Shown here: positions 1-14,317 of the stretch, in pieces | Layout of the letters: each line of letters begins with the position of its first letter | Position numbering within the stretch: the stretch's first letter is position 1 | Sequence record: NC_025447.1 | Strand: one strand, 5' to 3' | Origin: Escherichia phage 121Q | Length of the DNA: 64,000 bases | Translations under genes and position numbers: made by a program | Notes under the pieces: model-generated | Databases searched by the model: none | Told to the model about the DNA's origin: nothing | Seen by the model: only the letters and a program-made list of their open reading frames with translations

Positions 1-5252
<5,252 letters not shown>

Positions 5253-5282
5253 TTAAAAAATATGGGACAGTATAAAAACCTG

Positions 5283-5291
5283 TGCTATAAT
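5283..5291 (+). promoter_or_regulatory. extended -10 promoter element (TGCTATAAT), proximal SSB promoter
   Basis: Member of the recurring TGTG(A/C)TATAATG motif. Confidence 0.5.
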
Positions 5292-5378
5292 GTAAAACGT
5301 TGAAGGAACAATGAAGTTTCTGAAACATTGAAGCCAATTAACAAATAACAAAGAAACCCAAAATCAAGGAAGATATAT

Positions 5379-6431
5379 ATGAAATCTCTAGCTGAAATTC
5401 GTGCACACCTAAAAGCAGAACAAGAAAAAGCAGAAGCTCAAAAGAATGGTACATTTACTGGCGAGCGTAAAGCTGATTCGTTCTTAGCTTTCTGGAACGT
5501 ACCTTATAACGAACCACTAAACCTACGTTTTCTACCAGATGCAGATGAGTCTAACCCATTCTTCTGGCGTGAACGTGACATGATTAACCTAACTTTCAAT
5601 GGTGTAGTCGGTATGCACACTGATAAAGTTACCGTTCAAGTACCTTGTAACGAAATGTGGGTTCCTAAATCCTGTCCGGTTCTGAAAGAAGTACGTCAAT
5701 GGTTCCAAAGTGCGAATGAAACAGGGAACGAAGAACTAAAAGCAATGGCTGGTCGTTACTGGAAGAAGAAAACCTATCTAATGCAATGTTTTATTGCTCC
5801 TGATAGCGTTGCAGTAAAAGACGACATTGCACCAGAAAATCCAATTCGTCGTATTCTGGCTAACAAAGATATCTTTGATAAAGTTAAATCCATCCTGCTA
5901 AACCCAGGAATCAAAGAGTCTCCAACTCACTACGTTCAAGGTCGTGATTTTGGTATTGTTAAAACTAAGAATGGTGGTGGTTATAATAGCTACGACATGT
6001 CTCAATTCTCCATGTCTGAGCGTCCACTAAACGAAGAAGAACTAGCAGCAATTGAAAAATATGGCCTATACAATCTAAATGATTTTATGCCAAAACAACC
6101 AACTCCAGAAGAGTTGAAAGCAATTGAAGAAATGTTCGAAGCATCAGTAAATGGTGAAGCATATGATCCAGCACGTTGGGCATTTGCATATCGTCCAGCA
6201 GGTGTACCAAAACCTAACTCTGGAACTGTTACTGAATCAAAACCAACTCCTGCTCCAGTACAACAAGAGTCAGCACCTGCACCAGTAGCACCTACTGCTC
6301 CAGTTACTCCAGCCCCACAAGCTGCTCCAGTAACTCCAGTCGCTACCCCAGCAGCAACCACTCCTGAAGCACCAAAAGAACAACTATCTGCATCTGCACT
6401 AGTTGCTCGTTTGAAACAACAAGGTAAGTAA
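5379..6431 (+). CDS. 32: single-stranded DNA-binding protein (gp32-like) with Pro/Ala-rich C-terminal tail
   Basis: RFLP motif and His/Cys zinc-site spacing (H...C...C) resemble T4 gp32; AAGGAAG RBS; hairpin terminator directly downstream. Confidence 0.65.
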   Translation: MKSLAEIRAHLKAEQEKAEAQKNGTFTGERKADSFLAFWNVPYNEPLNLRFLPDADESNPFFWRERDMINLTFNGVVGMHTDKVTVQVPCNEMWVPKSCPVLKEVRQWFQSANETGNEELKAMAGRYWKKKTYLMQCFIAPDSVAVKDDIAPENPIRRILANKDIFDKVKSILLNPGIKESPTHYVQGRDFGIVKTKNGGGYNSYDMSQFSMSERPLNEEELAAIEKYGLYNLNDFMPKQPTPEELKAIEEMFEASVNGEAYDPARWAFAYRPAGVPKPNSGTVTESKPTPAPVQQESAPAPVAPTAPVTPAPQAAPVTPVATPAATTPEAPKEQLSASALVARLKQQGK

Positions 6432-6449
6432 TAGTTTTTGAAAAGTTAA

Positions 6450-6478
6450 GGGGCAACGGAGTTTGCCCCGTTTTATTT
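6450..6478 (+). terminator. intrinsic terminator after SSB gene
   Basis: GGGGCAA / TTGCCCC stem followed by GTTTTATTT. Confidence 0.75.
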
Positions 6479-6500
6479 CATGAAATTCAAGGAGCGAATT

Positions 6501-7619
6501 ATGAAAATGACAAGTGGTTTTGCGAACATTCTTAAAAACAGTACTGGTAGTGTTAAAAAGAATACTGGTGTTAGTGTTGGTTTTCATGATCCAGATACAT
6601 GGGTTAGTACTGGTAACTACGCACTAAATTATCGCATCAGTGGCTATTTTGACCGTGGTATCCCACTAGGCAAAGTAACGATGTTTGCTGGTGAATCAGG
6701 TAGTGGTAAATCTTTTATCGTATCTGGTAATATTGCACGTGAAGCTCAAAAACAAGGCATCTTTGTTGTTATGATTGACTCAGAGAACGCATTGGATTCA
6801 GATTGGCTTCAAGCACTTGGTGTTGACACTTCTGAAGAAAAACTTTTGAAAGTCAATATGGGTATGATTGGTGACGTTGCAAAATTCACCTATGAGTTCA
6901 TTGAAGGATATCGTAAAGAATACGAAAATACACCTAAAGATGAACGTCAAAAAGTATTGTTTATTATTGATTCAATTGGTATGCTAAACACTGAAGTAGC
7001 CAATGATCAAATGAAAGCGGGTAACCTTAAAGGTGACATGGGTCATAAACCCAAACAGCTTAAAGCATATATCACAAACTGTGTAAACTCTATTGGTTCA
7101 TTGAACATTGGTATGGTTTGCGTTAACCACAGTTATGAATCTCAGGACATGTTTAACCCAGATCCTAAAGTTTCAGGTGGTAGTGGCTTGATTTATGCTT
7201 CATCTATGGTTATCGCAATGGGTAAATTAAAACTTAAAGAAGATGAAGACGGAAATAAAACTTCCGAAGTAAATGGTATTCGTGCTAAATGTAAAGTCAT
7301 GAAGACTCGTTACAACAAGCCGTTCGAAGATGTAGAAATTAAAATTCCTTGGGATAAAGGTATGGACCCACGCAGTGGTCTACTAGATATGTTTGAAAAA
7401 TACGGTCTAATCACTAAATCAGGTAACCGTCTATTGTATGTTGATATTGTAACTGGCGAACAGATTCTAAAATATCGCAAAGAGTGGATGCGTAATGAAG
7501 ATTCATGTCTTGATTTGGTAATGCATCAATTTAAAAATCATCCTTTGATTGAAGAAGTTAAAGAAGAAGAAAAAGGTGATGAAACTTTTGGTACTGATGT
7601 GGATATTAGTGAGGAATAA
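6501..7619 (+). CDS. uvsX: UvsX recombinase (RecA-like)
   Basis: Walker A GESGSGKS, NHSYE and GMDPRSGLLDM blocks match T4 UvsX; start placed at ATG 6501 behind an AAGGAG RBS rather than ORF-track 6480. Confidence 0.9.
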   Translation: MKMTSGFANILKNSTGSVKKNTGVSVGFHDPDTWVSTGNYALNYRISGYFDRGIPLGKVTMFAGESGSGKSFIVSGNIAREAQKQGIFVVMIDSENALDSDWLQALGVDTSEEKLLKVNMGMIGDVAKFTYEFIEGYRKEYENTPKDERQKVLFIIDSIGMLNTEVANDQMKAGNLKGDMGHKPKQLKAYITNCVNSIGSLNIGMVCVNHSYESQDMFNPDPKVSGGSGLIYASSMVIAMGKLKLKEDEDGNKTSEVNGIRAKCKVMKTRYNKPFEDVEIKIPWDKGMDPRSGLLDMFEKYGLITKSGNRLLYVDIVTGEQILKYRKEWMRNEDSCLDLVMHQFKNHPLIEEVKEEEKGDETFGTDVDISEE

Positions 7620-8080
7620 TGAAACCTTGGCATTGGATTATCAAAGATGATAAATCTAAAATTATTGAAATGATTGAGTTCTTTAACAAAGAAGTTGAAG
7701 AAGCTCGTCGTGAAGTAAAGAAGATTGGCATCATTGAAAAAATTGCTCAAGAGATTCCTGGCTGGCATGAGACGCGTCTAAGCCAGCTTCAAGAACTTGA
7801 AGCAGTATTGGAAATGTTAGAAATTGAAATGCGTCAGGTACAAGCCGAGAAGTTCAAATACTTTCTCGAAGGATACCGCCGTGCACTATCTTCATCTGAC
7901 TGTAAAAAGTATGTTGAAGGTGATAAAGATGTTTGTGAGTTAGCAGAACTTATAAACGAGGTATCTTATATAAGAAATACATATTCAAGTATTGTTAAAT
8001 CCTTAGAGATGAAAGCTTTTCAGTTAAACAATATTGTGAGACTACGTGCCGCTGGTATTGAGGATGCACGTTTAGAATAA
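7619..8080 (+). CDS. hypothetical coiled-coil protein
   Basis: Start overlaps uvsX stop (TAATG); followed by terminator. Confidence 0.5.
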   Translation: MKPWHWIIKDDKSKIIEMIEFFNKEVEEARREVKKIGIIEKIAQEIPGWHETRLSQLQELEAVLEMLEIEMRQVQAEKFKYFLEGYRRALSSSDCKKYVEGDKDVCELAELINEVSYIRNTYSSIVKSLEMKAFQLNNIVRLRAAGIEDARLE

Positions 8081-8089
8081 TTATCATTA

Positions 8090-8113
8090 AGGACGCATAT
8101 CGCGTCCTTTTTC
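8090..8113 (+). terminator. intrinsic terminator
   Basis: AGGACGC / GCGTCCT stem plus TTTTT. Confidence 0.75.
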
Positions 8114-8127
8114 TATGCGAGAATAAA

Positions 8128-8946
8128 ATGACAAAATTAAATGAGTTTTTATCAAATGTAGCAGTTCTAGATACTGAAACTACTGGGGTTGAGAGTGAAG
8201 ATGATATTATTGAATTTAGTATCTCGTATCCACATACTTCACATGAAAACATTGATACTATTGATAACTATACATTGAGATACAAACCCTTGAAAGATAT
8301 TCCACCAGAGGCATCTGCTGTGCACTTTATCAGTACTGAGGATGTAGCTAATTGTGTTGGGTATAAAGATGATTTAGATAACATTGATGCACTTATGGGA
8401 TGCCGTAAGTATTTTGTTGGTCATAATGTACAATTTGACCGTAGAATGATGGTAGATAACGAATATAAATATCGTAACTCAATTTCACAGTACTTACTTG
8501 ATGAAAATAAATGGATTTGTACCCTTCGTCTTGCTAAGAAAATGTTCGCAGAAGATATTGAATTTAAAAACTTAACTCTAAGTTATTTGTGGTATAAGTT
8601 TGGATGTTATCGTGATGTTCATCGACCTGTTAATGCACACGCAGCAAAAGACGATGTGTTCATGTGTTATCAGGTTCTAATCAAATTAGTTGAAATTGCA
8701 ATCGAACGTGGACATATTGAACCTAATGGTGATATTGGTGAGCAAATTGTAACTTTCTGCAACACACCAATGCGTTATCAATTCATGCCATTTGGTAAAC
8801 ACAAAGGTGAGCCAATGAGTACAGTTCCATTGAATTACATTGAATGGATGATTACTAATAGTGACATTTTAGATGCAAGTAACCCTAACTGTGATAAAGA
8901 TTTAGTATATACATTTGAGTACGAATATAATACTCGAACTAATTAA
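8128..8946 (+). CDS. DEDDh 3-prime to 5-prime exonuclease (DnaQ/ExoX-like) with C-terminal FGKHKG module
   Basis: Exo motifs LDTETTG, HNVQFD and HAAKDD; C-terminal FGKHKGEP...YIEWM resembles the ExoX-like C-terminal domain. Confidence 0.6.
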   Translation: MTKLNEFLSNVAVLDTETTGVESEDDIIEFSISYPHTSHENIDTIDNYTLRYKPLKDIPPEASAVHFISTEDVANCVGYKDDLDNIDALMGCRKYFVGHNVQFDRRMMVDNEYKYRNSISQYLLDENKWICTLRLAKKMFAEDIEFKNLTLSYLWYKFGCYRDVHRPVNAHAAKDDVFMCYQVLIKLVEIAIERGHIEPNGDIGEQIVTFCNTPMRYQFMPFGKHKGEPMSTVPLNYIEWMITNSDILDASNPNCDKDLVYTFEYEYNTRTN

Positions 8947-8961
8947 TAAAGGTAATCATGG

Positions 8962-10446
8962 ATGAAAACTTGTAAGTTAACCTTATTGGATGAGGTGAAT
9001 TGTAAATTTGAGGGACTTGATCCCTCAATTAGACAAAAGATGATTCGTGCAACTGAATATGTGTTGCCATATGCAAAGTTCACACCAGCAGGACGTATTG
9101 GACGTTGGGATGGTAAAGTTCAGTTTATGAATTTAGGCGGGACAACTTATTATCATATGTTAGATAAGTTATTGCCTATTCTTGATGAAGCTAAGATTGA
9201 CATTGAATTAGTAGATCATAGGGTAGATTATGGATTTAAATTTGACCCTATTGATGAAGATATTTTTAGTGATGTTGTATTCGGTGCAGGACACCACATG
9301 GAAGGTAAATCCATAAAACTGCGTGAACATCAAGTTAATGCGGTTAATGCATGTTTGGCTAATCCACACGGACTACTATTGGCAGCTACTGGTGCAGGTA
9401 AAACTCTCATTACTGCTGCATTGTCAAAGAAAGTGCAAGAGTATGGACGTTCTGTTATAATAGTACCAAGTACTGATTTAGTACAACAAACATATGATGA
9501 CTATATTATGTGTGGCTTGGACACTGGTATGTTCTATGGTTCACAAAAAGATTTCGGTCACCAACATACAATCACGACTTGGCAATCTTTTAACTCTCTT
9601 TGGAAGAAAACCAAAAAAGGTGAAATAGAATTAACAGAACAAGACGTGAATGATTTTATTGATGGTGTAGTTTGTGTTATAGTTGATGAGTGTCAAGGTG
9701 CTGGTGGTGATGCATTAGTTCAAGTACTATCTAAGGTTATGAACAACGTACCATTGCGTTGGGGTCTTACTGGTACAATTCCAAAAGATCCAGTGGTTGC
9801 AGCTAAAATTAAATGTAATGTTGGTGATGTTATATTCAAAATAACTGCCAAAGAATTACAAGATAAACAGATACTAAGTACATGTAATGTGAATTGTATT
9901 AAACTAAAAAGTAGTATGAAGTTTGCATCATATGCTGAAGAGTTGAAATACTTAGTAACTGACAGAGATAGGATGGCATATGTAGCGTCATTGATATCTG
10001 CGTTATCTGAATCAGGAAACACTTTAGTTTTAGTAGATAGACTTGAAGCAGGTGAGTTGCTATGTGAATTTTTAGGTATTCCAAAATCAGAATTCGTTCG
10101 TGGAGAAACCAAAAAGAAAGATCGAGAATCATCTTATGGTGAAATTCGTTGGGCTGATAATAAAATACTTATTGCGACATACGGCGTTGCCAGTACTGGT
10201 ATTAGTATTTCAAGGTTATATAATGTAGTATTGATTGAGCCAGGAAAAAGTTTTGTAAGAACTATACAGTCAATTGGACGTGGATTACGCCGAGCAGAAG
10301 ATAAAGATCACGTAGAAATATATGATATTAGTGGTTCTAATAAGTATAGTGCAAAGCATTTACGAGAACGTTTAGCTTACTATAAGGAAGCACAATATCC
10401 TCATAGTATTATAGATGTTAAAGATTGGGAAAACACAGCGGGATAA
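8962..10446 (+). CDS. uvsW: UvsW-like SF2 DNA helicase
   Basis: Walker A ATGAGKT, DECQ box, TIQSIGRGLRR block comparable to T4 UvsW. Confidence 0.8.
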   Translation: MKTCKLTLLDEVNCKFEGLDPSIRQKMIRATEYVLPYAKFTPAGRIGRWDGKVQFMNLGGTTYYHMLDKLLPILDEAKIDIELVDHRVDYGFKFDPIDEDIFSDVVFGAGHHMEGKSIKLREHQVNAVNACLANPHGLLLAATGAGKTLITAALSKKVQEYGRSVIIVPSTDLVQQTYDDYIMCGLDTGMFYGSQKDFGHQHTITTWQSFNSLWKKTKKGEIELTEQDVNDFIDGVVCVIVDECQGAGGDALVQVLSKVMNNVPLRWGLTGTIPKDPVVAAKIKCNVGDVIFKITAKELQDKQILSTCNVNCIKLKSSMKFASYAEELKYLVTDRDRMAYVASLISALSESGNTLVLVDRLEAGELLCEFLGIPKSEFVRGETKKKDRESSYGEIRWADNKILIATYGVASTGISISRLYNVVLIEPGKSFVRTIQSIGRGLRRAEDKDHVEIYDISGSNKYSAKHLRERLAYYKEAQYPHSIIDVKDWENTAG

Positions 10447-10455
10447 ACCCGCTGT
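10435..10455 (+). terminator. hairpin overlapping uvsW stop codon
   Basis: ACAGCGGG / CCCGCTGT perfect 8-bp stem, loop ATAAA; weak T-tract. Confidence 0.5.
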
Positions 10456-10458
10456 TTG

Positions 10459-10467
10459 TGATATAAT
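10459..10467 (+). promoter_or_regulatory. extended -10 promoter element
   Basis: TGTGATATAATG immediately after the uvsW hairpin; 12-bp palindrome follows. Confidence 0.5.
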
Positions 10468-10501
10468 GTGTCATATGACAACAACAAGGATGTAAAATAA
10501 A

Positions 10502-10930
10502 ATGGAATTGAGATCTAGTATTGCTTTTATCTGTGACCAAGAAACTTTAGAAGTTATGGATGTATTGTTGAACGATGATGGTATTATGGATGACATGGTA
10601 TCTTCTCTTGACTATATACCTGAGCTAGAAACGGATGACACTAACGTATGGAGATGTAATATTGATAGTGATTCTTGGATTAATATCTATGAATTACAAA
10701 CACGAATTGATTCTAAAGTAGAATCATTGAAATATGATATCATCTATGCAAGTACTGACACGAAAACTTTTATTGATGTAGTAAGTCTAAGTGGTAATTT
10801 TGATTCATATCTGGATACTGATGTAGATAAAATTCAAGAGATGTGTGAAACTTATGGACTTGAATTTTATGGTGTAGAAGACCAAGATGATGAAGAATAT
10901 TATGATGACGAAGAAGATTCGCAGTACTAA
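10502..10930 (+). CDS. hypothetical acidic protein
   Basis: ORF track; highly acidic C-terminus; downstream of promoter-like element. Confidence 0.5.
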   Translation: MELRSSIAFICDQETLEVMDVLLNDDGIMDDMVSSLDYIPELETDDTNVWRCNIDSDSWINIYELQTRIDSKVESLKYDIIYASTDTKTFIDVVSLSGNFDSYLDTDVDKIQEMCETYGLEFYGVEDQDDEEYYDDEEDSQY

Positions 10931-10939
10931 GGAGATGAC

Positions 10940-11437
10940 ATGAACGTATTAACACCTGAAAATAATTCTTTTGACATGGATTTAGTAACAGAACATATTC
11001 CTGAAGAAATGTATTGTGTTTTGGATCTAAGCCCAAATGGTGAATCTGATTTTTATTTTAGACATATTCTAAACACCGTATCATTTAATAGTATTAGTGC
11101 TGATCTTCAAATTGGTGAAAAGATTATTCAAGTGCCTCTCGGATGGCAAATTATGTTAGGTGATGAAGAAACTGGTATGGTTGAGATGTGTACAATTGAA
11201 AACATTCTTAACATGAAAGAACCAAAAGCTTTTGTTTACAATCCTATCCGTTCAATGTATCCTAAGTTTGAACCAGTCAAAGTACTACGTGTATTTGCAT
11301 TAACTACAAAGTGGCAGATACCAATGTTACCTAAAAAGAATTTACTATGTGTCCCACTACATAGTGGTGAAAATCCACCATGTGTGTACTTTGCCGATGA
11401 AAACGAAAAAATTCAAGATTTGTATCTAGGAGTATAA
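10940..11437 (+). CDS. hypothetical protein
   Basis: ORF track, compact spacing. Confidence 0.5.
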   Translation: MNVLTPENNSFDMDLVTEHIPEEMYCVLDLSPNGESDFYFRHILNTVSFNSISADLQIGEKIIQVPLGWQIMLGDEETGMVEMCTIENILNMKEPKAFVYNPIRSMYPKFEPVKVLRVFALTTKWQIPMLPKKNLLCVPLHSGENPPCVYFADENEKIQDLYLGV

Positions 11438-11441
11438 AATA

Positions 11442-12287
11442 GTGTTTGATTTCAGTGATATTAAAAATAAGTCGGTCGATGATGATGAAAAACCAACACA
11501 GCATTCTTTTTCTATTGCTGAATTTCTAAAACACATTGACCGTGCTGATTATAAGTACTATAATGACATGACCGAAAAAGAACGAAAAGAGTTTACTCCA
11601 TATACTGTTTTGCGATGGGTAAGCTCTTTAGATGATTCGTTACAAGTAACCTACCCTAGTAGTAAAGTTGAAAGTGTATTTGGAAAATGGAAATCAGGTG
11701 GTAAAGAAGCACTGACTGAACTAGTTACTGAATTAAAGTCTTCAGGGACAAATGTTTCATCAGTAACTAAGTACTGTCATAGTGATTATGATTGGCGTAT
11801 TAAATTTGCAGTCCAATCAAAAGATGACGCACAAAAATTAATATCATCAATGGTCGAATTTGGTGTATCAGGTTCCGAAATTGTTTCATTGGTAGATACT
11901 GAAGTTGTCAAATACCAACTTATTATGCTAAATGATATGGTTAATGATGGATTTTGGGATATGAAAGAACATCCAGAATTAGTATATCAGCTTATGTGTT
12001 CAGTGCATGATATGATTGGTGGACAAGAAATGCCACGTAACTGGTTAAACTTTTCTAAGAATTTCAAAAAAGCAAATAATGAATTATTTGAGTTAATTAA
12101 AAGCTCACAACCTGATACTATATCTACTCAAATGAATGAAGATGAGTACAAAATTGTTCTATTACAGTATGATAAAAAAACATTTGAGACATTTCTTGAC
12201 AATAATGGTTTTCAAGATAATGAAAAGAAATCTATGATGAAATTGTTTAAAGAAGAATGTAAAAAATATGGCAAAGAAATCAAGTAA
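11442..12287 (+). CDS. hypothetical protein
   Basis: GTG start with AGGAG RBS 9 nt upstream. Confidence 0.5.
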   Translation: MFDFSDIKNKSVDDDEKPTQHSFSIAEFLKHIDRADYKYYNDMTEKERKEFTPYTVLRWVSSLDDSLQVTYPSSKVESVFGKWKSGGKEALTELVTELKSSGTNVSSVTKYCHSDYDWRIKFAVQSKDDAQKLISSMVEFGVSGSEIVSLVDTEVVKYQLIMLNDMVNDGFWDMKEHPELVYQLMCSVHDMIGGQEMPRNWLNFSKNFKKANNELFELIKSSQPDTISTQMNEDEYKIVLLQYDKKTFETFLDNNGFQDNEKKSMMKLFKEECKKYGKEIK

Positions 12288-12978
12288 CCAAGTATATACC
12301 TGTAGATTTTGTGATCGTGAATTTAAACGTGAAGAAACTGTAAACACACATAAATGTATAAAACGTGACCGATACGAAGATCGCCAAAGCCGCCAGATGA
12401 TGGAGGCTTTTCGTATATATATGCAATTTATGGAATTGAATAAGTTCCCATTTAAAAAAGGCGTAGAGCCTTTTATTGCTTTTATAAAGTCAAAGTACTT
12501 TAATGATTTTTATAATTTTGCCGAATACTATTTGAATAATAGAGATATTATTAATGTGGACGAGTTTGTAAAGTACTTGATTATCAATAACAAACCAATC
12601 ACGGAATGGAGTACATATAAAGCAAAAGATGAATGGATATTAAAAACGATTCGTGCCGAGCACCCAAAAGAAGCAATTGCAAGAAGTGTTATCTCACTGG
12701 TTGAATGGGCTGAAAATTTGAATGTACAATGGAATACTTTCTTTGAAAATGTAAGTTCTGCTCGTGCAATTGCATGGATAGAGAGTGGTAAAATTTCACC
12801 TTGGATTATCTGGCTTGCTCCTAAAAAAAGTACTAATAAGTTTTTTAAAAAACTATCAAACTCAGAAATTGAATATATACTTAAATACATCGATCCAAGT
12901 TATTTTGAAATCAAAACTATAAAATACAAAAAGGATTGTGATGAAATTAAGATTATGCTATGTGAGGCAGGATTATGA
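12268..12978 (+). CDS. hypothetical protein with N-terminal CCHC zinc finger
   Basis: C-x2-C-x12-H-x-C near N-terminus (YTCRFCDREF...NTHKC). Confidence 0.5.
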   Translation: MAKKSSNQVYTCRFCDREFKREETVNTHKCIKRDRYEDRQSRQMMEAFRIYMQFMELNKFPFKKGVEPFIAFIKSKYFNDFYNFAEYYLNNRDIINVDEFVKYLIINNKPITEWSTYKAKDEWILKTIRAEHPKEAIARSVISLVEWAENLNVQWNTFFENVSSARAIAWIESGKISPWIIWLAPKKSTNKFFKKLSNSEIEYILKYIDPSYFEIKTIKYKKDCDEIKIMLCEAGL

Positions 12979-13304
12979 ATGGAAAAAGTATATATAATAA
13001 AATACCAGAAGGGTATGTACCTGTACCTAAAGAACAAAAATCAAAACAAATATCTCTACTTAGACAAGGATCTATTACTGAAATAACTTTAGATGGTAAA
13101 ACATTTCAAGTTCATGATCCTGCTCGTATTGAAAAAATTATTTCTTTGGTAGAAAGACACGAAGAACGATTTTTCAGTTTAAGTCAAGAGTTGGCAAAGA
13201 CAAAACAAAATTGTAGACTATTAGAGAATCAAATATCAACTTTGACTAATACAGTTAAACAGTTACAGGAGCAAATAAAAAATGCAGGATTCGACCGATT
13301 CTAA
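12975..13304 (+). CDS. hypothetical coiled-coil protein
   Basis: ORF track; overlapping start/stop. Confidence 0.45.
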   Translation: MNGKSIYNKIPEGYVPVPKEQKSKQISLLRQGSITEITLDGKTFQVHDPARIEKIISLVERHEERFFSLSQELAKTKQNCRLLENQISTLTNTVKQLQEQIKNAGFDRF

Positions 13305-13920
13305 ACATTATAGAAAAGCCCGAACTGATATTGACATTGACTTCAAGGATAGTAAAAGCGTAATTGCAAAACTTCCTTGCGTGCGAAGTACTGAAAAAAT
13401 TACGGAGGATGGTTTAATCCCCCATAATAGTGGTGTTCATTTTGATAATATACCAATTGATCCAATAACCGGATTGGCAAGTATACAATATAAAGAAGCT
13501 GAAAGTCTAGGATATCAAAAAGTTGATATTCTTTCACAGTCAGCTTACATGTATGTTCGTGATAGAGAGCATTTAAAAGAACTAATGAATCAGGAACCAA
13601 ATTGGGATCTATTATTAGAACCGGAAATTGTAGAACATCTTTCGCAAATTAAAAAACATGTAACTTTATTAAATGTATGGAAACCTAAATCCATAGACGA
13701 ACTTGCAATGTTTATTGCAATGATACGCCCTGGAAAAAGGCAGTGCCAAAGTATGAACACATGGGACGAAGTTAAAGCCACCATATGGGATTATAGTACT
13801 ATCGGCACTGACCAAGCAGGAAATAAATTACGATATTTCAAAAAGCCACATGCTTATGCATATAGCTTAATGATTGTTGTACAACTAAATGCTTTAGTTG
13901 AACATCTTACTTCTTCTTAA
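13282..13920 (+). CDS. hypothetical protein
   Basis: ORF track. Confidence 0.5.
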   Translation: MQDSTDSKHYRKARTDIDIDFKDSKSVIAKLPCVRSTEKITEDGLIPHNSGVHFDNIPIDPITGLASIQYKEAESLGYQKVDILSQSAYMYVRDREHLKELMNQEPNWDLLLEPEIVEHLSQIKKHVTLLNVWKPKSIDELAMFIAMIRPGKRQCQSMNTWDEVKATIWDYSTIGTDQAGNKLRYFKKPHAYAYSLMIVVQLNALVEHLTSS

Positions 13921-14260
13921 GAGCCACATTACGACGCTTGATGCGTTTTTGTGGCAAATTGCTTAAAGAAACTACTGGACCACATACGAAATTCACCGAC
14001 GGTGTATCGAATCTCTGTGTGTACGGTTCAAATTTCTCCATCTCTTCTTGAAAGAATAGACAAACTGGAATGGTTCTATTACTTTGCCACCACCAATCGT
14101 GTGCTATACCTAACAATTCGTCTTGCATTGAATCATCCATATCATCGAAACAGTAAAGAGTTGTATACTGTTTGCTTTTGATTTTGATGATACCAACAAA
14201 CGTTTTACCATCATACTGGATTACAGTAATGAATGGTGGAATAGTGTTATATTGATTCAT
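13907..14260 (-). CDS. hypothetical protein (isolated minus-strand gene)
   Basis: 117 aa ORF fills the gap between two plus-strand genes; weak SD; palindromic late-promoter-like element just upstream. Confidence 0.4.
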   Translation of the reverse strand: MNQYNTIPPFITVIQYDGKTFVGIIKIKSKQYTTLYCFDDMDDSMQDELLGIAHDWWWQSNRTIPVCLFFQEEMEKFEPYTQRFDTPSVNFVCGPVVSLSNLPQKRIKRRNVALKKK

Positions 14261-14278
14261 ATTAGTTCCATAAATATT

Positions 14279-14292
14279 AGTATAAATTTATA
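14279..14292. promoter_or_regulatory. palindromic late-promoter-like element between divergent genes
   Basis: TATAAATTTATA is its own reverse complement and gives TATAAAT on both strands, about 26-30 nt from both divergent ATGs. Confidence 0.35.
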
Positions 14293-14317
14293 CCTATTAT
14301 TTATGGAAGGAAAAACT

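Noticed and set aside
6002-6361. 119-aa Gly/Ala-rich minus-strand ORF
   Set aside because: Reverse-complement artefact of the GC-rich Pro/Ala repeat tract encoding the SSB tail.
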